DNA of 60,855 nucleotides, filler included, from Sluysia triapertura (Eukaryota), in the NCBI GenBank assembly GCA_046118255.1. It is 5 parts of 5 records of this genome, joined end to end, with 100 filler letters (N's around TTAATTAATTAA, not from the genome) between each part and the next. Parts side by side here need not be neighbours in the genome. Positions count along the whole stretch, not along the records: positions 49,794 to 60,855 come from JBJNIA010189474.1; 4 more parts are not named here. One strand, 5' to 3'. Below the pieces are notes generated by a model. The model had not been told where the DNA came from. It did not search any database and saw only the letters and a list, made by a program, of their open reading frames with translations. Positions 53,571-60,855 of this stretch are shown in pieces. The translations under genes and the position numbers were made by a program. Within the stretch, counting starts at the first letter, position 1; every line of letters starts with the position of its first letter.

Positions 53571-56500
53571 ATTGGAGGAAGTATGGTTTCATGAAACTTC
53601 CACAACTAATTGTTCCTCACGAAATAACTCTGTACAAACTTCTGAATTAGCATTTCCTGATGTTACTACTTCTATACTCCATTTGTCAACTGCTTCATCG
53701 GGTGAAAATTCAGATTCATCCGGATATATAGTTATGTTATTATTCTTATCTCTTATAACTAATATTAAGGCCACGGAAACTGATAAGGAACAAAAAATTA
53801 TAATCACTAACATTTATAACTCATCTCTAAAAAAATTAGGATTTACTATATTTATCTGAAACCATTATCAATTGGTAAACCATTTTTACTGTCTATACCA
53901 CCTATTTAATACACCTCTTTCACCTTTACTTCCCTGTCTCGATTCAATTGATTCTTTATATATACCTAGAGGTGTCACTAAAATCACACTATTGGAAAAA
54001 GGTATTCCATCCTTTCCTCTCTTTACGTCACTAATACAAATAGGAGCTGTAATATACTTGTTGAAGCAGCAAAGTTTTCAATGTCCATCGCGTTGCTATT
54101 TCATTTATCTCTAGTTGAATTTCAATCTTTTATGCCTAATATTTATAAGAATTTAGAACGTTCCGTTTCTGTCAATCTACGACGATGATCGTTTAGTTTT
54201 TGTAGCGTATTCATGTGCCTTTGATTTCTTAGTCGGCCTCATATGTTTCTTATTGTAAATAATATCGAACCATGTTTGAATTAAAAACTGTGTCCGCTAT
54301 ATCCAAGACTTGAAAGATACTGATATTCTTGATGCTAAGGACATAGATGACAAGATAATGGTACTGCTAAATACCTGTCTTATTATCGAGACTTTGCGTT
54401 ACCTCATGGTTGGCTTAAGGGAATCATATTACCATACTCCACCTCTGATTTAATATCACTGGCGCTCCAGACTTTTAGTTTATTATATCCGGTACCGCTT
54501 CGTATGACGTGCTTGATAATAACATTTGAATTAATATCTTTATTTGATTCTATCCGAGAGAAAGATATTCCTTCATCCTGGCCTAAGTGTTCCTAATTAT
54601 TTCACTTTTTCCTAATTCTACATCTGATTCCGCTCTTACTACTTCTAATGATGTTTTCACAATGCCACCAATTTCATCAGACATTCATCCTGCTCATGCT
54701 CCACTACATTGTGATGCCACAATCAGTAACAAATCTCTGAATCCACGTCAATTATCTTATGGTGCCAAACCTTCAGCTCAATCAATAAAGAGAAACAAAT
54801 ATCACCATTCTCATCAATTTACTCTGTTCATAGAAAATGAGGTTGATTTGGACTGTTTCCTCCGGATACCCTTGATCAAACATCTGATTAATATTTTGTG
54901 TATTACTTTGTTTAACTCATGTGATTTTTCTATGCTGATTAATTTTTTAGATTCGGGATGAATTTGTAAATAAAAGAGAAGTATTTATAAACGTGCCCGT
55001 TTAAAAAACATTTGAAAAATAAAAGTATTTTTAATTGTAAATTATTTAGAAATATACATTATTTAGTAGAAATACATATTATTTAGAAATTGTAAATAAA
55101 TTTTTAACATTATCTTAAATTATTTTAAAACTATAAATATTTAGAAATTTTCCTTAATAAAAATAAATAGAAAAATTTTTTAATGTATTTTAGAAAAATA
55201 TTCATGTTTATTGTACTTGAAGTAAAAAAAATAATAAATGCATAATAAAATATTTTTTGAGCAATAAAACTAGACAATATAAATATTAACTCTTCATGAT
55301 TTTTTAAAATATTATCAACCGCTGTTTACAAGATTAGAAACTCTTTTTACAAGATAAATCTTCAAAATTCAAAGGAGTTCTAACAAAAATTTCTTCAATA
55401 TCAATCTCGCTCATTAACAATTAATCCTTGGGTAATTAACATTTAACTGCTGGAAATCCGTTGTTAATTATTATTATTCTTCGAGTGTCATCTTGGAACC
55501 ATTTTTATTAGAATATCTAAGCATTCGTAAGTTAATTCTTATTAGAATACAACTTTGTTAAACTTAGTGTTAAAATCTTACGTAAATTTTCTCAATTTAC
55601 AAGCCAAGAATAACTCCTGACTCAATTTAATTTTTAAATTTATTTAAATAGTTAAGGAGAAAATCCTTAATTTTAATTTTATTGTGTTTATTATTTTTAC
55701 ATTTTTATGTATATATTATTATATTTTTTGTGTTTTTTAAATTTTTTAAAATGACCAATATTTATTTTCGTTCTGTTTCTTTTGTGTTTTGTTCAAGAAA
55801 TTTAATTTTAAAGAGAAAAATTTAGAAGAATTTAATTTGTAATTAAAAACTAATTTAAAAGAATTTAGTTTGTGTTTTAAAAGATTAAGCTAAAGGATTC
55901 CAGTTCGTAAGAAATTTAATTCAAGAGAATAATTTAATTTAACAAATAGTTTGATTAGTAACCTGCAACTGTGTTTTCCTTAGTGGTATCAATCACAAGA
56001 TTACAGGAGAACCCATAAGAATAATATTTATAATTGTGTGTGGACCAAAAGATTGAAGTAACAGCAAGGGAAATTTTGAATTTGATTTGATCCAGTGTGA
56101 TTTACATTATAATTTAATTCAGTGACATTTTAAATTAAACAGTTTGATATATATTACAATTTAATTCAGATAACAATTTAATCCAGTGGTAATGTAATTT
56201 AATTCAGTTACTTTCGTAATTTAATTTAGTGGTGTGTATATAGCTTAGAGAGGTAAGATTATATATGTTTTTTGGTCGAAAATGATAATATTAAGAAATT
56301 TAATTTTGTAATTCAACGTCTATTACAAAGTTATAATTCGATTATTAGAATAAAGTTTACGTATATAACTTATTATTTTATTTGAAAATGGAGGTGAGGA
56401 TAAAATCTAATAAAGGACCAAGAAATTAAAGTTTTCATTGTTTGTTAAAGTTTCTACAAAGGGAAATAAAGCTTTAAAGCTGATACAAATAAAGGTAAGG

Positions 56501-58559
56501 AAAATTTATAAAGCCGACATAAATAAAGTGAAAGACAATTTATTGCAATAAAGCATAGTTATTCTACGATAAAATAAAGTCGTTACCAAATAAAACCAAG
56601 TTGTCGTGAAGTTTAGATAAGTTATAAGATAAACAATGTTTCATAAAGTAAAGCTGTGGTGGATCAGCCGATTACCACGATCATATTATATTAATAACAT
56701 CATTTATAGACAAAAACTATCAAAAAAGATATCACAACACATTTCACTTATACCATCAAATAACATCACATCAAATCCCACACTTGCACCACTAGATTTC
56801 AACTTCAAAAACAATAAAGTTACAAAATCATTAATTAAATTAAATTTTAACTTAATAATACTAATCTTACTAAACTTCAACCTATACAATAAATATAACT
56901 CCCATTGTCGTCGTATCATCGTTATCCTTTTGTACTTTTTCTCATATTTATATTTTTATACTTCTGTTTTATTATGTCTATGTTTTACGAAATTTGTCTT
57001 TATATACCGAATAAACTTCCATCAAAATCTTATTACAAAGCAAGATTAAATTGTGATCGACCGCCACAACTCGGTGTGTCATTATGGTCTATATTATATT
57101 CTGTATTATATTTTATTATGTTATATCTTATATTATATTGTATTTATATTATGTTTTGTGCAATGCCTTCAAAGCCAAACGATTAAAGAAAAGAAAAGAT
57201 AAAGAATTGAACATAAAGAAATTGTTTAACAAAAGAAAATAAATTAATTGATTTAATAAATTAAAAACTACATCGAAAATGCGACCTTGTGCTATATTTA
57301 GAATTTTATAAAAATTTAAAGTTATAACAATGCTCATATTATTAACATTTTCATTTCATCTACAATTGGTTGGTCTGTCATTTCTTTTATTTTGCATCTT
57401 TTATTTTATTTATTCTTTCTTTCTTTCTTTTATTTTATTTTATTTCATTTTATTTATTCTATTTCTTCTCTGTACTACATTGAATACCAATCTTCATCGT
57501 GAATTAGTTCAATTTCATTGTTTTCGTTTACCTAATTGGAAGCTTGGGGTGACTTTTGGTCATTAAACTGATACCAATTTATTTCTTTCCGGATAGTTTG
57601 GAGGTTTAGAGCAATCTGCTTGGTTAATTTCTGTGCATTGTGTAGTGTTTCAACCATGCACTACAATCTCGTCGTCGTTCTCATACATAAATTCATACAA
57701 GTCATAATTCAAACCATACATAATCTACATATAAAATATTTTCTACATATCACCACTATTATTCCATTTTGGACGTGGTCTCTTATATTATCAAATGGAC
57801 TTAGTTTGTTATTTATCTATTTGCGTTTTATTATTGTTATTATATATATATATATGGACTTCTTGTGTTTTTCTTGTTAGATTTATATTATCAAGGACCT
57901 TAAGTCCACTTTTATAAACACAAATGTTTTAAAAGTTTATAAATTTAATAATTTTTTTCATAAATTAATGTTGCTCAATCAAATCAATAAACTATTAACC
58001 TTTTTTATCCTAATTAACAAACAATTAAAGAGTAAAACACTAAATATAACAACATTAAACATTAGATTTTGATTAAAGTGTGAACATTACATTAAATTTG
58101 TATGAGCTGTTGGTAATGATTTTAAGTAATCGAAGTTGATTTTAATGGTTTGTTAAACATTACTTTAACTAAGGTTGTTATCAAAGGTTCTGTTGTTATC
58201 ACAGTTTACATATAGTATATACCCAATCTTGTATGACATCTTTATACAGCATTCATCATGATCACTCATACCTATTTATACAAGAAAAATGGATAACATT
58301 CAAATGTTATAAACACCACAAAACCTATATATTTAAGACTAGGATTACATTTTAATAGTAATGGACAACTGCCTTCATATAATCACAAATCTTAAACACC
58401 TATAAAACCTACAGGGTTATTAAAATGAATTAATATCATTGAAATTTCCTTTAGACCTAATAATCGCAATGTATAAAAATCTTTTAATGATGTTGACATA
58501 TCTCGTTTTTATTAATAAAAATAAAATTAATGAAAAAAAATAATAAAGATAATAATAAA

Positions 58560-58615
<56 letters not shown>

Positions 58616-58908
58616 TTGTCGTGTAAGGTTTATTCTACGATTGATAGTAAGTTGTATTCGTACAAAACTCATGAAAACGATTTTCTATAAATTTAAACTA
58701 TATTTTGATAAAGTGAATTTAAATAAGATTTTGATAATGATAAGACTCATTTAGTCTTATCAGTAAAGAGTAAAAAATAAAGTTTTGATTTCAGAAATAC
58801 CCATGCAGTACATTTCACCTTACTTTTACTTTTACCTATTATATCATGAAATTTAGTACTATAAGTTGGATGGTTTTTATCATGGTGACATTTTATTATA
58901 ATGACATT

Positions 58909-60251
58909 TTAATGAAATGGCATTTGGTAAAATGAGTGGTGGTGAAACAGTATAAACGACAGTGTTATATAATTTAAATTATTAATTGATTTAAAATGTG
59001 ACAGTTTTTGACTAACTTTTGAAGATAGGAGCCAATGATCTATGTTTATTTTTATGGTGTAGATTGAAGTTGATGGCGTATTAGAGAATTTAATACAGTA
59101 AATAGCATAAGAAGTCGACTGAGAGAATGAAGATGTGTAAAAAGCATTTGATTCATAGTTGTACAGTCCAAATCTTAATGTTTTAAATTTTGACATCTTA
59201 TTATCCTTATTTACTTTGTTCTCTGAGACTATTCCTAATTTTTTATCAAATTTGAGGTAACAAACATGATCATTATCATAATAATTCACGATTGACAGAT
59301 CTCTTGGTCTAATAATCATAACACATTTGGTTCTTATAATTTGATTATTAATTTTGGTGTAAAAATTATTTATTAATAGTTCAAAGTTAATATAAAAGTT
59401 CGTAAGATAAGAGATATGAAAATGTATTTTAATTATATATAACAAATTTCTATTAATGAATTTACACAAGATTTCTGCTCTGGTCGTCCAACGTTCCATT
59501 GTCCAAACTATAATTGATTTAACTAAAAAATAATTATATCTATGAATGAATCTAAAACTAACAAAGTGAATAATTAATTCTACACCTGATGAAATACAGC
59601 TATCAGTCAAAAAGTTGTTAAACGGGTCAGTTCTTTCTATATCTATGTTTTTAGTACTATTATTCATTTTTGATGAGGAAGCACTCTCAAATACAATCAC
59701 TTTATACATATCGTTCACATTAACTCTGGGATGATCAGAGCAGCATATAAATTGAATTAACGATCTAAGTGGTTCTTCTTCAATTTTGGTTTCTTTATTA
59801 GCAATCACCTTTTTTGAACTCGTATCCAACCTTCCATAATGAACACTACAATCTAACTCTTTCGACCCACTAACATCATGTGAACTCACTGAACCCAATT
59901 CTCTAATATCAGCATATATACACAATTTGTAAGCATCTATTTCTTCGAGGTTTCTAACAGGACTCTTTACATTATTACTTGGCCAAGTAAGATAGTCTAA
60001 ATTATATACAATGAAGTACTTTATTTTATCTTTAATTTTTTTATATCTTCATTACTGGATAATTCTTTAATTTTACCATTTACTTGAAGAATAGGTAATA
60101 TCATATCTTGGAGCATATTCAATAGACTCGCTGGATCGGTGTATTCAGTTATGCCATAATTTATATATTCGATTATACCTTCTAATTCATTTATTAACCT
60201 TGAAAATAAATCTTTATACGATTTCAATATTGAATTATCATCAGTTTTCAT
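58909..60251 (-). pseudogene. Near-intact intronless orphan ORF (~445 codons, one frame disruption near 60020), cargo of cassette E
   Basis: 76-aa ORF followed after a frame change by a >338-codon open frame; no recognisable domain. Confidence 0.55.
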
Positions 60252-60855
60252 TATTACACTGTTTTAAACTTTATTCTGGATGATTCTCCGATTGTCTGGG
60301 TTTAATACACTGCAAACTGTCAATTGAATCTAAATTTTTAATTGTGAATAGTTTGTTTTTTGTGTTGCATAAAAATTTTTTGTTACCTCTATTTGAAGAC
60401 TTCCCAATCAGAGTGTTCCGAAATTAATGAGAAATATGTGCGCTCTGATTGGGTGATGATGTAAATTAATGTTTTCTGTTTGATGACGCAATAACCACCG
60501 TCATCATTGATGTCATTTTGATGACAATTTTAATAAGCATTAATAGTAATGATGACGGTGGTAACCAATTTAATGTTTTATGTCAGAATTTGATAAAACT
60601 AATTATATAATAAATAGCGATAATGATGATGATAATAATAGTAATAACAGTATTAATAATAATAAAAATGATACAATTATTGTTATTATTATTATTATAA
60701 AGAATTTCCAACAAAAAGCATAAATCTTTGCATCTTAAACATGATCTTTCTGTTGAAATCTTTATTCTTTTACATATTTACATATATATGAATGAAATAA
60801 AAGAAAAGAAACGAATGTTATGCTGCGAAGGGACAACCGTAACTAAGCGTATAAT
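58909..60855 (-). mobile_element. Cassette element E (leader runs off the window)
   Basis: Junction 60775-60718; perfect 15-bp inverted repeat 60494-60508/60548-60562; inverted CCAAT pair 60403-60453. Confidence 0.7.

Noticed and set aside
58484-58754. Poly-Leu/Asn/Ile ORFs here and at 26518 and 51456
   Set aside because: Translations of (AAT)n microsatellites

Overview
Very AT-rich (roughly 75% AT by eye), intron-containing eukaryotic DNA from an invertebrate animal. An EF-hand + dynein-light-chain (TAL-type) gene and 37-44 nt minimal introns suggest a flatworm or similar spiralian; the taxon is not proven. The window is five contigs joined by four artificial N44-TTAATTAATTAA-N44 spacers, and genes do not continue across the joins. 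Host genes: one SPAG16/PF20 WD40 exon, the 3' part of glycogen synthase (-), six internal exons of CEP135/Bld10, the last exon of METTL16, a complete 3-exon TAL-like gene (-) and the 5' part of a CDK12/13-type kinase. The rest is mostly transposon debris (Tc1, hAT and piggyBac-type MITEs, Gypsy fragments, tRNA-derived repeats) and (AAT)n microsatellites. Two unexplained dispersed families stand out. (1) Five diverged cassette elements share one architecture: a G-poor leader with ~80-nt periodicity, a conserved junction (ATGTWARGAA...AGAAAGATCA|TGT...GATTTATGC), an AAT/TAT tract, an inverted repeat, CCAAT boxes, then intronless ORF cargo that I do not recognise and that differs between copies. 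(2) At least 5, probably 8-9, copies of a ~50-nt structured motif in which a GTGAGT splice-donor-like sequence can pair with a downstream GACTTAY, with covarying stems. All protein identifications come from recalled motif similarity; no searches were run.
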